In this document: in pieces, positions 28,020-41,627 of the stretch
Layout: every line of letters begins with the position of its first letter
Position numbering within the stretch: position 1 is the first letter of the stretch
NCBI GenBank assembly: GCA_048128005.1
Contig: JBEUKZ010000009.1
Span: 248,001-312,000, forward strand
DNA: 64,000 nucleotides
Origin: Veleropilina oligotropha
Lineage: Eukaryota
Reading direction: 5' to 3'
Translations under genes and position numbers: made by a program
Notes under the pieces: model-generated
What the model saw: only the letters and a program-made list of their open reading frames with translations
The model's database searches: none
Told to the model about the DNA's origin: nothing

Positions 28020-28170
28020 GCCGGAAATAGAGGATATCGAACGAGTGTCCATTCCATATCAGAATTATGAAACGAGTCGGGCACAATTTATGTACCGAGC
28101 CTTGGCGACGAGTTTCATAATTCTCATATGAAATGGACACAAGTTTCATATCTTCTTTATCACATGACTT
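28020..28170. repeat. Long imperfect palindrome
   Basis: GTGTCCATTCCATATCAGAATTATGAAAC ... GTTTCATAATTCTCATATGAAATGGACAC. Confidence 0.75.
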
Positions 28171-28759
28171 TATTTACCTTTAAACTTATTTTATTGCGTT
28201 TTTAAACACATTTCTTTACGTTTTAAAACTAATTTATGTCATTAATTTCAGTCATTAAACGGCCTGACCCAGACGCTTCACGCCTCGACAGCACGCGCCA
28301 CGCCAGTACGCCAATAAAAAAAGTTCAACGTCAATAATCGACGAGTGAACACGTATGAATTATTCATTATGTTAATGAGGGTGATTCGCCGCATAATCAA
28401 CTTGGCGCCAGATGCGACGATAGGGCATCTCGCTCTCCCTCATTTGCATACTTATGAGACGTGTCTTTTATATGGAAATTTATGGAACGGCTAAAACCGT
28501 TCCATAACAGCTTTGTCATGTGATAAAACGCATATATGGCCTTCTACAGTTAAAAATCCCCCCCCGGACCCCTCTTATTTATCGGGGCCTTCGCGTCCTC
28601 GAGGCTCACGGCCTTCGGTCATTCACAATTGTCACTCCTACTGTTAATATAGGTTGGAGGCTCTGAGCCTGACCAATGCTAAACTGCTTCCGACGGGCCT
28701 GATGTATAAGACTGCAAGATGCGCTTCGATCATAGTTGCGAGTTGTTGATAAAAATGAA

Positions 28760-29800
28760 GGATATTATCCCAACATTGCTAAGTTGAGATCCCCTGAAGT
28801 GAAGAATCAGTTCATCCTGGATCGAAGAACCGGATCGAGGTTTTTGCAAACAATTCGAAAACGACGTTTGCATGAAATGGAACAATATCAATATCATTTT
28901 TAACAAAGCTGTTGAGAACGTTATAGGCCACAGAAACAAGAAATATAGCATCTAATGCATGAAAGAAGACTTCTAAAGAAGAAGCCACTCAACATATAAG
29001 TCAGATAGACTCCAAGAACATTTCCGGAAAGCGTATGCAGACAATGATAAAGCAGTGAAGGTCAAAACAGCCATCAATGCCAAGAAAATGGCAAAGCCCC
29101 TAGTATTAACTCAATACATGCCGATATAATTTGATATGAACTCATCGACCAGGGTACTCACTGATCTATCTCTTTAGTAACATATGGAACGCAGACACTA
29201 GACAACTGGACCAAAGAACTTATTGTCAAATCCCCCCAAAAGACGGCCTACGAAATTGTGATAACTGTCATGGGATACGACTACTATCTGCTCCCAACAT
29301 AATATTCTGTATAACTCTTCTAAACTGGATTAATGTGACCATTGACACAAAAGTAAAGCTCCGAAGGAACAAGCGAGCGTCGGGAAATGAAGTGGTTGTA
29401 TTGAACAGATCTTCACCCTGTTCAACATCATCAAACAATGTTTTGAATGGAATGCCTATCTTTTTGTCAATTTCATTAATTTAAGAAGCGCTGTCGTAAC
29501 AACCTAGCATATGTACTGACACCGAAGATCGTCACTCTTCACTGATAAGAAAAATAAGAGCATTTTGATTGCAGAACTATTGTCACCAATTTACTGTCAG
29601 AATGGCCCACAATGGAGTCAGGAGTTCACCAAGGTGAGACTCCGTGACAATAAGGAGACGAAAGCAAGGTAGACCGAAGACTATAAGGTGTAGGACAGCA
29701 ATAGCGAAACTGCAGGAGACGGGACTGGCATAGGGCGTTTCCCAGATCGGGTTCAAGTGGAGAAATGTTGTTGTGATCTTATGTTCATCTAGGGATGAAA
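28760..29800 (+). pseudogene. Highly degenerate RTE-clade LINE
   Basis: Fragments DNWTKELIVK, LLSAPNIIFC, GCIEQIFTLFNIIKQCFEWNAYLFVNFI, RKQGRPKT, KWRNVVVILCSSRDE. Confidence 0.7.
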
Positions 29801-30827
29801 ACATGTGGGTAGATAGGTGGGCATAATACTAATACTCCACCAACTACACCATTCCTGGGGTAGTCCATATGACCGACTGGAACATGATGACCAGATTAAG
29901 ATTGTAGTATCATACCATTAAGTCTCTGTCTTCATGCTTATTTTCAACAGCCGTTGCAAGGAAGCGTCAATCACCCTGTCGACCAACTATTGCAGCAGTG
30001 CATGCGGTGTTGTAGTAGCTGAAAAATGCGACATCATCAGCCATGCTGGAGGTCCATCCCACCACCTGTTCTAGCTGAATAGAAGTTGATTGTCAATAGG
30101 AATATTTATCAACTTTCTCACTCCAACGTTCTCGACTTGGAAGAAATCTGACACCTATAATCTTCCCTTCTCGCCGTCGCTGACTGGTTGTTGTACAGGT
30201 CTGATCATTTGTCCTTTATTCGAGGTTCATCTTGATCTGTAATATGACGGAATGCCTCATATAGTCGAAAGTCTTAGAAAAGTCAATGAAGGTTCACTGT
30301 GTTTGCGAGACTTTTCCAAGACAACTCGCAGGTTCTTTTGGTGCGTATACTTTGGTGTAGGTTCTGCATTTAATTGAATATCAATATCAATAGAACGTTA
30401 CTTTTATTGGTGATCAGAGCGATGGTTCTTTGCTCTTAATAAAGTGCTGTTGCGGTCAATTTCGGTAATGGAATAAAGTCGCATCTAAGTCGGTCTGTAT
30501 AGTACTCTCATGATATCAATGCGACCTTACCGAGGACCTGAGTGTTCTGTCATTATCCACGTTTAAGAGCCCGCCTCGAAGGTCATTTACTCAGACTTCT
30601 TTTCTTCTGCTTTATTATCATCACAAAACACGAAAACCATTACAATATTTCAAAATAATACAATAAAATTTCAAATATTTTCCAATAATAGTTATACCGT
30701 TTTGATTACGGCGCACATGTGACAGGGGGTCATTTGAACCTTGTATTAAAGATTAAATAGAATTTGTTTGGGTTTAAAAAGCGCATTACTGCCACTCATA
30801 TAAAAACCCATTGAGTTGTCTTGTCCT

Positions 30828-31691
30828 CTATAACCTGCCCTTCTTCTTAAAATGCTCATCTAGGCGATTTTTAAATTGGTTTACAGATGTCGATTCCACT
30901 ACATTATTAGGAAGAGCATTCCATTCATCGACAACCCGATTTGAGAAAAAGTGTTTTCTAACGTCTAGTCGGAATCGTTTTTTGTAAATCTTGTATTGAT
31001 GCCCCCGGGTATGCCTTTGGTTCATCTGAAAAAAGAAAATATTGTCAACGTTGACTTTTCCTGTAAACATTTTAAAAACCTGAATCATATCACCTCTTAT
31101 CCTTCTCAAAGATAATGTTGTGAGGTTCAGAGCTCTTAGTCTCTCCTCGTATGGTAATTCTCTCAATTCTCCTATCAATTTTGTGGCTCTTCTTTGAACT
31201 TGTTCTATTATATTGATATCCTTAGCAAGGTATGGACACCATGCTTGCACTGCATATTCTAAATGCGGTCTAACCATTTGCTTGTATAGGCGAGTTATGA
31301 TGGCTTTAGATTTAAAATTAAAATTTCTCTTTATCATTCCCAATATTTGATTTCCCTTTTTAGCTGACTCTGCACATTGATTTGATGGTTTAAATGTCTT
31401 GTCTACCCATACACCCAAATCTTTTTCTTTGGCCATTTCTTGTAAAGCTTCTGAACCCATTTCATAATTATAGGTATTGTTATTATAACCCACATGCATT
31501 ACTTTACATTTGCTGGTGTTGAAAACCATTTGCCAGTCCTCAGACCATTTTATCACATTATTTAAATCACCTTGAAGTTTCTTTGCATCTTCTTCTGTTT
31601 CGATAATTCTGTACAGCTTGGTATCGTCTGCAAACTTTTTTACTAGCGATGTAATGACGTCATCAATATCATTTAAATATATGAGAAACAA
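30828..31691 (-). mobile_element. 5'-truncated CR1-type LINE with an uninterrupted RT C-terminal frame (287 aa)
   Basis: FLIYLNDID, KFADDTKLY, EKDLGV, YKQMVRPHLEYAVQAWCPY, VQRRATKL, FFSNRVVDEWNALP. Confidence 0.92.
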
Positions 31692-31953
31692 CAGTTATGG
31701 CTTATAAATACTGCTGGGTATATATGCATAATAATAATAATAATAAATCTCTATTTATTGACGGAAAACAGTTAGTAATACAGTTACTAATCTTCCCTGA
31801 GTCCCTCCTATTTTCTAACATTAAAATTAATAAAATGTACATATTTACAGAACAGCATCAGAATTGATCGACTTAAAATTTATACATAAAAAAACAAAAA
31901 AACAACAAAACAAACAGCAATTGCGTCAAAATATATCAAGAAATAGCAGTCTG

Positions 31954-32226
31954 CAGGGGCGGATCCAGGAATTTAAGCAGAGGGGGGTCCAGTCTGTCGC
32001 TAGGATACTATCAACGGGCCGTGTGGGGATGGGGCCCCACACGGCCGAAACGTTTTCGTAATTTAGGGTTGCTAAACGGCTTCTCCTGCACTCTGGGTCT
32101 AAAATTATATGTTTTGACCCCTCAAGCGCAAAATAACGATCATATACAATGTTAGAAAAATCGTGGGTCACCTGAGCAGGGGGGGGGTCCGGACCCCTTC
32201 GACCCCCCCCCCTGGATCCGCGCCTG
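31954..32226. mobile_element. hAT-like MITE with 5-bp TSD
   Basis: TIR CAGGGGCGGATCCAGG / CCTGGATCCGCGCCTG; GTCTG duplicated on both flanks. Confidence 0.85.
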
Positions 32227-33428
32227 GTCTGATACCAAAAATAATTAGCGCTTTCTGGTAACCATGGACATTATATGCTGTTTCATTAATCGCTTGAAAC
32301 AAGCAAAATCTTTTGATTTTTGCACAGTATGTGGAAGGACTTAGGTCATTCCAAATTTGAGCCCCAGAATATTTAAAGGTCCGTTTTAAAGATTGTGTAA
32401 CTGGCTTGGGTATAGATATAATTTGTTGGACGTTACTGACCGAGTTTTCTTACTGCTAACTTCATGTCGATGAGCGACTGGTTACAAAATCGCTTCCGGC
32501 TCGACAATTTCGTGTCTGCTTTGCTCTTCACTTTGTTACTCTTATCAGAGTATGTCATCGTAACATAATATATACATTATCGTCAGTGACTGGCGTAATA
32601 TTGTGATGAAAAATAACTCTATTAAATGATAACGAAATATTAGGTCAACGGCGTGGTGGGTTTAGTGTTCGTCATCAAGTATTCTATAGCTAGACGAATT
32701 CATTATAGCCAAAGCCGGATTCACTCCACTCATGTCTACGAAGCAAAGAGGTACGTACTAAATTGACAACTTCGTTTTTGTTTAATAATTTCAGGTTTTA
32801 ATTAATATATATCTGGGGGTTTTAAAGATGTTGCTAAAAGTAACAAATTTACTACATTAACAGATATTGGATTAAATCTGATTCAATCCATCCGGGTAGG
32901 ATTGTCGCACATGTGTGTTGACCAATAAGCACTTAATGGAACGTCTGGCTATTAAACGAATGGGGACGTTGAAGGTTCTACGAAATTGAGATGTGTCATC
33001 GTGTACCCGAATGTAATTTACAAATTTGGGAGGCTATACCAGACGTCACATACAATTTGGAGCTTAAATAACACACCCGGTACCTTCCACATCCCATTAT
33101 AACGGAGCAATTGCAACGCACGGTCGATTGTAATTATCTATTTCGTATTGACATATAGGATACAACCATAGCCCACCACGCTTGCAAAATATATAATTTA
33201 CAATCGATTGCAATGTACAAATAATGCGCATTGCGTAATAATGGGTCCAATTAAGTGACTTGTAGTCGCACCGGGTTGGTTCATACAGTTGTTCTTGCTT
33301 TATATAATTTTACACGCCCGTACATGTCTACTCTTACGAGGTTGTAATTCAGACTATTAATTGTATTTGCAAGATATGGATTCCATTATAGTGCTGCATA
33401 TTATATATGCGATATAACCATTTGCTTG

Positions 33429-33510
33429 TAGACGTGTGCTATGTTGGTTTGGGAATAGACGTGTGCTATGTTGGTTTGGGATTAGACGTGTGCTATGTTG
33501 GTTTGGGATT
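33429..33510. repeat. 27-bp tandem repeat x3
   Basis: TAGACGTGTGCTATGTTGGTTTGGGA(A/T). Confidence 0.9.
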
Positions 33511-34088
33511 AAAATTAAAGTTTCTCGTTGTCAGTTTGATTTGCCAAAAGCGTTCGTAAAATAAAGTCGCCAACCAACATAGCAACTAATTATTGTGGAC
33601 CGTTATTATCAAACTTTATGAGCAGTTTTTCGTTATTTCCTCAAATAGGGTTCGGGAGACTTCGCACTTCCGATACATGTTTGTCCGCTCGGAAATGACA
33701 TTTAACCCTGATTGAAATATGACTGGATAACTGCTTAATCGTGTTTTATAACAAACAATGCAATTATTTACATGCATTCATTTTGGCTGATTATGGCCAC
33801 CTGCACCCCCCCCCCCCCCCCCCCATGGATCCGAGAAGGGTCCCAGTTTTGGAGTATGCTTGGCTAATTTCACTATCACATTCATCTTTCCACTTCATGA
33901 TTATATTGCACAATATACGATTTATGGTGTTGTAGTGTCGCATAAACTCTGTGTAGGATTGCGTGCAACATCCATGTTGTAACATATGTTAACAGTTATG
34001 AGAGAAATCAGGTTTCGCATTTCATGCCAGTTGTGATGCGTGCTGCATTATTTTCTATATCATAATGGGCATTGCTATATCTCGGGTA

Positions 34089-34169
34089 ATATCACTGTGT
34101 TATGAGATTACTCAAGTGATATCACTGTGCTATGATATTACTCAAGTGATATCACTGTGTTATGTGATT
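34089..34169. repeat. 30-bp tandem repeat, about 2.7 units
   Basis: ATATCACTGTGTTATGAGATTACTCAAGTG. Confidence 0.85.
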
Positions 34170-35605
34170 TGTCGTATGAAAAATGTGGACATATATGCCA
34201 GTGATTATCTATTGAGATCATGCTTCAGTATTTTAAGGACTGCAATACTCAATGATGAATTATGAAACGTTGTATTGATTTGTGAGTCTCACTTTCCGTC
34301 AGATTGAAAAGCGATATCAAAATCGTTATGGTTATCTATGCATTATTAAAATATAAAGAGGTGGATTATGTTATGATGTCTATATTTATTCTGCTTTGCT
34401 ACGTACATGTCCCATGTTTTATCCCAACATAATATGACTTGCAGATCGTTGTTTAAATAATTCGGTGATGGTGAGACTATATAAGACTGCAGACATACTA
34501 ATTTCAGAAGTTGAAATGGTATTTTTTTTAATAAATATTTGTTGACCTCAATTAAATTACCCACCTACAGGCCAACATATCCACCGAGCTGATAACAAAG
34601 CCTTGATGAGCTATATAATCCAATATAGGCCTATGTGGTTTTCAAATGACTTATATAGCCTATATATGCATTTACATAATTATATAGGCCTATGTGTACG
34701 CAAACACAAAATCAAGATTATTTTGAAAATATATCAAAAGAATACGTACGTTGTAAATAAAGACAAACTGTTACAATACTATTAGGAGACATAACAGGGG
34801 CACGCAAAATTAATCAAATAAACAGTTGGCGCGCGCATTTCTATAACTTATTCAACATTAATTTAGAAGGTAGGCCTATATCTATATATTCTACACATAC
34901 GCAAACATATCCTACGCGCATGGACAATGTCACCTTACTCGACTAGATAAACGATTATTTGATTATATTTGAGTAACAAGATCCACCGGCATAAAATTGA
35001 AGAAGATAAAATTCATTTGTACATAGAACTAGATATCAAACTATAAAAAGAATGTAAGCAAATATAATGATGGCGTTGATTGCATTCCATATTTATTAAG
35101 CAATATAATTGGCTCGAAGATTATAAAGAACAAGGAAGTTGGAAAACCTAATGGGTGATTATATATAAGTATTTGGTGACTATCTTTCCTGTCACTCATA
35201 CACACAGTTAAATTGTATATTGTAAGTGTGGCATACCACCAATGCACGCTGACTAAATAACGCATTGCCATGACAAAAAATTTGCAATGCCTATATACCA
35301 TCATGTACGAACGCGCATTTGGTAACGGAACGACGTGGGATGGTTATTCTATACTTATGCTTGTTAGAAGCGGCGATTTATCGACTGTCATTGTATACGG
35401 CGGATGCATGTACGTCATAGCATGCTAGCAGTTGCGTTTTACTTTAACAATGCGCAAAAAACAATATGCTTGATTAACTAAAGGTAAGGATGCGAATTTT
35501 GTATTTACACATGCCAATAAAGCACTAAGTGGCTTGTTGATAAATGGGCATGAAGCCTATGTCATAGATGCATATCCTCGAAAAACTGTCGGCTGCATTC
35601 AACTA

Positions 35606-35861
35606 GGAGGAATTATGTTTAATGTCCTGTATATTTATAACATCGAGGTTCAAGGCAGGACATGTCCGTGTTATCGCGGGAGGAAACCCCGGTTGCCGGG
35701 TAAACCCGCCCTCTTCGGCCAGTCACGGACAACTGTGCTTCGTAACTTGAACAAATGTGTGCTGCCTCAGCCGGGGGTCGATCCCACTACTGTTCGCGTC
35801 AGCGGAAACAAGCCAGTGAAGTTAGAGTGGACACTCTACCCACTGCGCTACCGAAGCGGCC
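35606..35861 (-). mobile_element. Young full-length tRNA-derived SINE
   Basis: Head GGCCGCTTCGGTAGCGCAGTGG (A box), GGATCGACCCC (B-box-like), (TCC)n tail, 11-bp TSD GCATTCAACTA; near-identical to 51317-51575. Confidence 0.92.
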
Positions 35862-37135
35862 GCATTCAACTAAGCATATCAAGGTGAAAGTAGCTGCCGG
35901 GGTCTGTATCAACGACTCTACTTCATATTTGTTATATTTATACAAGTTTAATAACCTAGATTGTTGACTTGGATGACTTTTTAATTTAATATATATGTTG
36001 TTTAGTCATTTGTCTTCTAAACTGTTAGGCTTATTTATTTTTATAATAAAGTTTTATATATGTTTATGTTGAAATAACTTCATTAATTGTTGTTGTAATT
36101 TTCCTTTTTGAAGAAAGTCAACTTGTCATCATATGAATCCATAAAGTGGGACGGTATCGTGTGGGCTCACCTCCCGCTCCGGTGTGGCTTAGCCTAACGT
36201 TAAAAGTAATAGAAAGGATCCCTTGAATGAAGATGTTAAACCAGTGTTCGGACTACAGATAGGACTGAAATATTGTTATAATGTGGTCGTAAATCTGAAC
36301 TGATTCACTCAATCAATCATTCGAATCCAATCAGGATCCCCACAAACAAGAATGAAGATGTTTTCTGACAGGTAGGTCTATACGGTGCTGTCAGATGTGT
36401 CCGCCCACTTAAAAGCATCGCCCTCTCCGACCAATAACAATGTTGCCAACGAACCAGCCGTTGTCAATACATCGATTATCGATATACAGCCAGTCGTAAA
36501 ACTAAGTTATACCATGACATAATACCGCATATTTACATCTTTCTTTTATTTATTCATGTACAATTTTAATAAAATAATTTTAAAATTGAGATATAGTGCA
36601 TGTACAACCCTATTTACACTGAATAGAAGCCATTTTGTAGGCTAAGTCTGCCCATCTGCAGTTAATCCACCCATTGGGCGTGTCTGTTCCAGTCCTCTGG
36701 GCTGAGTGGGTATCAAATACATGTGGCCTTCTCACCTGTCATCTCCTGATTTTATACCTGTATAAATTAATGTATTCAATGTCATTTCAGAGTGCTGCTT
36801 CTGCTGCATTCGTCGATGGATCCAATTTAGGAATCAAATCTGTATTAGATCTCAGTGATGTGCATAAGAACACGCCCAAGAAATGTCGTTGTTTTTATCA
36901 CGGTGGCCATGGTCCTTCCATACATGTGGATTTCTTTGTTCTCGGGAGGAGGTAAGAGTTAATTATAATTAAACCATTTTTATGACGTCATTCTATTGTC
37001 TTGGCCCGTGGTCTAGCTAACTGGCCATATTGTCAGTTAGACCACAGGGGACAACTTTCTTACACTAAAATGTGTATATTAGGTGATTAAAATCACATAT
37101 TTTAAATTATGTTACACTTTTGCAATGGTTTAAGT

Positions 37136-37266
37136 CGGTTATATCACTCTGTTTGTGTTATCTAATCGGAAAAACCCATACAGCGAATCAACTCGGCGCT
37201 TCGCGCCTCGTTGATTAACTGCAGGCTTTTTCGATTAGACAACCAAATCTCGTGGTATAACCTATT
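37136..37266. repeat. Long imperfect palindrome
   Basis: GGTTATATCAC..TCTAATCG..AATCAAC-TCGGCGCTTCGCGCCTC-GTTGATT..CGATTAGA..GTGGTATAACC. Confidence 0.75.
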
Positions 37267-38402
37267 CTTCAACCATTGATATGGCATTATCATGTTGTGG
37301 ACCATGCATGGTTAATTGACTGTTAGACTACCGGAAGTAATTTCAGAGAATAATTTTAAAGGAGTTTATTATAATCATGTATTTAATTAGTAGACATTTT
37401 TTCATTGGTTTATGTTGGATATTGTTGTCTAATCGTAGACAGCTGCAGTTAAACTACAGGTATTATGTTTAGTGTACATTCTATCACATCAGTGCTAGAG
37501 AAGAGTGTTATGTTTTCATGCAATAATGAATAATATGTCTGAACATTAACCATGTTTAACAAGTCCAACATTAAATTATAAGTATTATAGTTTAATTTAT
37601 TAGTCTGTGTATTTGTGAACGATAATAAATGACTTCATGGACTTAAGTATATAGACTAAGAAATTTACCACCTACGCCTTGTGACGTATTAAGAACACTC
37701 ACAGATAATATATTATTTATTGTTGATTTTGAAATGTATAGCTCTTGTCTGTTTGGTGGGGAATTGTACATGTTACTAGGTCAAGCACAAGTATAGAATC
37801 AGATTTACATCTAGGATTTGAGACTACATATATGCAAGCTTTATATATATTTCTCGCACCTGAGATAGACTGATCCCATTTTTTAACGGTGCTGGAAAAT
37901 TCTATCCCGAACACTTTGTATACATACGCAAATGCTGTCTAGCACACTTTGTATTCCTACGTACGTCGTCTGCAATGTTTGGAAACAAAAATGGCGGATC
38001 GAAACATAAACACCCACGTACTGAGGCTAACATCTCTCTATAATATATATATCGCATTAAACCACGCATGTACGCTACACCAGAAACACCAAACCGATGT
38101 CCCATAACTATCTACAAAACTTACCATGGCTTTAGACCTGCAGACTAGCTACTCCAGCGCTGAAAATTCATTCTACATAGCTGACACAATTCCGTGAAAA
38201 TCCCGCCAAACACGTCCTTAGTTTGCAAATTGTCCGTTTGATGTAAACAAATTTAAATGCACCATGACGCGTATGGCAGCAAATACGAACATAATTACAG
38301 ATCGATCGACGCTTCACAAACACTTCTGTCAGAATTGCTGGAAAATAAGTCCCACGCAGATCGACAGCAACTAAATTATAAACAGACAACATTGCCTCTG
38401 AA

Positions 38403-38416
38403 AAGTGACGTCACTT
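38403..38416. promoter_or_regulatory. CRE/ATF-type palindrome AAGTGACGTCACTT
   Basis: Perfect 14-bp palindrome with TGACGTCA core in apparently non-repetitive DNA; function inferred only. Confidence 0.3.
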
Positions 38417-38948
38417 CTTGTCAGTTCAATAGTTCTAGCGTTTTTAATCTACGCTATGATTTTAAATATTTAGCGTTTTGTCGACTTTTTCAATTATTAA
38501 TATTTTAAAGTTACTAATGAAATTGAGTAAATATTTATTCCATAAGTACGGAACTATATTTGATTGCGTCAGAAGAACAGCTGGTGAGTGATTGGGTTAT
38601 TTGAATACGCAAGGTAAATACATATGAAAATAACTTTTTCAAGCTTTTGTAATACTCGTACTGGTATGCAAGGTAAACAGATATCGAGCCTTAAAAAGTA
38701 ACATCACCTCATGCATATATTGTCAATGCGATAGTTCGAGCTTTTTATTAACCTATGTTATGAATTTAAATATTTTACAATTATTATTATTTAATAATGC
38801 TAAAGAATTGAATAAATATTGTTTCCATAAGTACGTGATTATATTTGATTGCATCGGAAGAACTACGGGTGAGTGATTGGGTTATTTGAATAGGTAAGGT
38901 AAACACATGAAAATAACTTTTTCAAGCTTTTTGAAGTGCGAGAAAAAT

Positions 38949-39110
38949 AATCAAGCCCCACATTTGAGTTCCAGATAGAGAAATATCAGTCTCAGGTGTG
39001 ATGGTGCAACATCCCAACCTCGGCTAACGCCTCGGTTGAGATTTGTTGCATCATTCCACCCTCGACTGATATTTCTCTATCTGGAACTCAATGTGGTGCT
39101 TGATTCTATT
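38949..39110. repeat. Long imperfect palindrome
   Basis: TTGAGTTCCAGATAGAGAAATATCAGTC ... GACTGATATTTCTCTATCTGGAACTCAA with central CTCGGCTAACGCCTCGG. Confidence 0.88.
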
Positions 39111-39139
39111 AATCTGTAATGAATTAGATTGAATGGATG

Positions 39140-39395
39140 CTTAATCAGTTGATGACCTGTATATTTACAACCATCTGGTTGAAAGCAGGACATGTCCATA
39201 ATATCGTGGGAGGAAGCCAGGTCGCCCGGGGAAACCAGGCCCTCTCCGACCAGTTACGGACAACTGTGATTCATAACTGAACAAGTAGTGTCATGTCCCA
39301 ACCGAGAATACCACAGCTGTTCGGGTTGGTGGAATCAATCCAGTGTCAGAGTGATTTCAGAGTCTGCAACCGAAACCACACGACTGTCTGAGCGT
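39140..39395 (-). mobile_element. Diverged copy of the main SINE family
   Basis: CCTGTATATTTA, GCAGGACATGTCC and CGGACAACTGTG blocks shared with the other copies. Confidence 0.75.
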
Positions 39396-39659
39396 CCATA
39401 AATCAAAAATGCAATATGTATATCTTTCAATTACTTTTTCAGCAATGTATATTTTTAGTAAGTAGAGTTTGAAATCAATGAAGTGAATCCAATGATATTC
39501 ATTGTTCTGATATAGGTATCACTATTGCTGATAACATAAACTGTACGTAAAGTAGGACATCATTGTCATTGTCAAAGGTAAACTTTTCTGTTTGTCCACA
39601 ATCATTAATGTGTAGTAAACATATTCTGTATGGCTCTCATCACAACTTTATATAAATAG

Positions 39660-40809
39660 CAGGGGTCGAAATTAACAGTAGTCCGAGACGACCAAATTTG
39701 TGGTCGGGAAACTAGATAATTACTCTCTGTGGTCCGGTGGACCACCAGTGCTGTTCCCTTGAATTTACGGAAGTCCAAGTTGCGCGCCTATAAACGATAT
39801 GATAAATCAATAAATATACTTATAAAATCGCAATTATTTTCATATTAAATACTTTTAATACTGTTTATAACATACGCGGCGTCGCGACATGCGTCAATAG
39901 TTTCGCTTTCGGCTGTTTCGTGCTCTCGCAGTGAGTGATTTGAATGCGCTGTGGCTAATTCCATGCAATGCCGTGTAGGGGTATTCGGTGTTTCCTATCA
40001 CTGCATTTCGACATTGTTCTTGTCGGCGGTCATTTTCGATATTTTCCGGTTACACTATACAGTGCTATTTGTATGAGGCGCATATTTATATTTGGCGACT
40101 TTCACGTTTACTGCGCCAATATTTTAACGATATTTGTGCGAAGAATTAAATATTTAAACTCTATAAAGTAAGTTTTGGTAACTTGTATATGAAATTATAA
40201 TAAGATTAATAGGATATATATATGCAAAGAATACGGTTCGGTCGGCAAGTAACATTGCATTTCTATAACAAGGGAGATAATTTAGTGTGCCGACTACAGT
40301 AACTTATATACTAGTATATAAGCTACAAAAAGGAATTATATTAAGTCGGATTATCAAGCATAAATGTATGCCTATTCCAAATATCCATTGAAGTATTCTT
40401 GTTGCTAAACAGCTCTAGGTGCATTGCTACCAATGTAGTTTCATATATATATTAATATTAAATATTTATAGAAACTTTATAAAGAATAGATTCCTTATTA
40501 TAATATATAATTAAATGGTGAAAACTTGGCTGCATATTCTAAAAAAAATGTGCACAAATAAACAGTCATCAAATCAATGTCAGTGTGATGGGTCACAAAC
40601 ATTATAATGAAAATCGCCTACAACTACAACTCTATGTCTTCAAGTGTGCCACTTTTGCTACATGTACTTTTAGCCTACAATATGTATCGCGACATATTAT
40701 ATATATAACAATAGATTTTGGTGGACCACCGAAGTTTTGTCGGGCCACCAAATTTCTAGACCTGTTTGCCCTGTGGACCACCAATCAAAAAAGTTAATTT
40801 CTACCCCTG
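39660..40809. mobile_element. hAT-like non-autonomous element with 5-bp TSD
   Basis: TIR CAGGGGTCGAAATTAAC / GTTAATTTCTACCCCTG; AATAG duplicated; GTGGTCC/GGACCAC subterminal repeats. Confidence 0.85.
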
Positions 40810-40939
40810 AATAGATACCCATATTTAGATTATGTCTTGTTGTTTCACGGTTCACTTGTAGAGCTGGATGGCACCAGTTCAAAATAAATAAGTATCAAAA
40901 ACTCGTATCTTGCTTTAGCCGCATATTCTCTCCTGATAG

Positions 40940-41530
40940 GCTAATGTCATTATTGGCAGGTCTATATAGTCGTGGACTGGCAGCCTTCGTCGGCTTCCGC
41001 TGGTCGCTTTCTGTCACATAGAAGACAAACTGCTAGACCTACGCTTTTCATATTTGGTATACACCTTGTATACTATCAGGCCTAGCCTAAGTTCACTGGG
41101 TCAAAGGTCAAGGTCATTTTCGTGTATTTTTGTTCTTGACTTGGAAGATTGCTTTCTGTCACATAGAAGACAAACTGCTAGACCTACACCTTTCATATAT
41201 GGCATACACCTTGTATACCATCATGCCTTGCGTAAGTTCAAAGTTGGGGTCACTGGATCAAAGGTCAAGGTCATATGAACTATTGTAACATTTATACTTT
41301 CTGACAGTTACTATGAAATTTATTATAGAGTATTGATTATTTAATCTCTATGGATGTATTATATACAAAAGGCGGGGTCACTGGATCAAAGGTCAAGGTC
41401 ATATGAACTATTGTAACATATATACTTTCTGACAGTTACTATGAAATTTATTATGGAGTTATTGATTATTTAATCTCTATGGATGTATTATATACAAAAG
41501 GCGGGCCAGTATGAGGAGCATACCTCTAAT
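40940..41530 (+). mobile_element. Second, inverted and diverged copy of the 158-bp-repeat HINE family (about 2 units plus a ~128-bp end duplication)
   Basis: Reverse-complement similarity to 496-1570, including the terminus AAAGGCGGGCCAGTATGAGGAGCATACCTCTA. Confidence 0.8.
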
Positions 41531-41627
41531 ACTAACTTGCTGTAAACCCCAGCCAGACGTGGTATATGGAAGCTTATACCATGGCTGACATCATACTTCG
41601 CCTGTCAATCAATATGTTTTCATTTCG

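Noticed and set aside
30140..30600. Further RT remnant (FIDFSKTFD on the minus strand)
   Set aside because: Probably LINE debris but too decayed to bound or classify
35770..35861. tRNA gene (also 51485-51575 and 17250-17350)
   Set aside because: Head of a dispersed repeat with body, tail and TSDs; no clean cloverleaf
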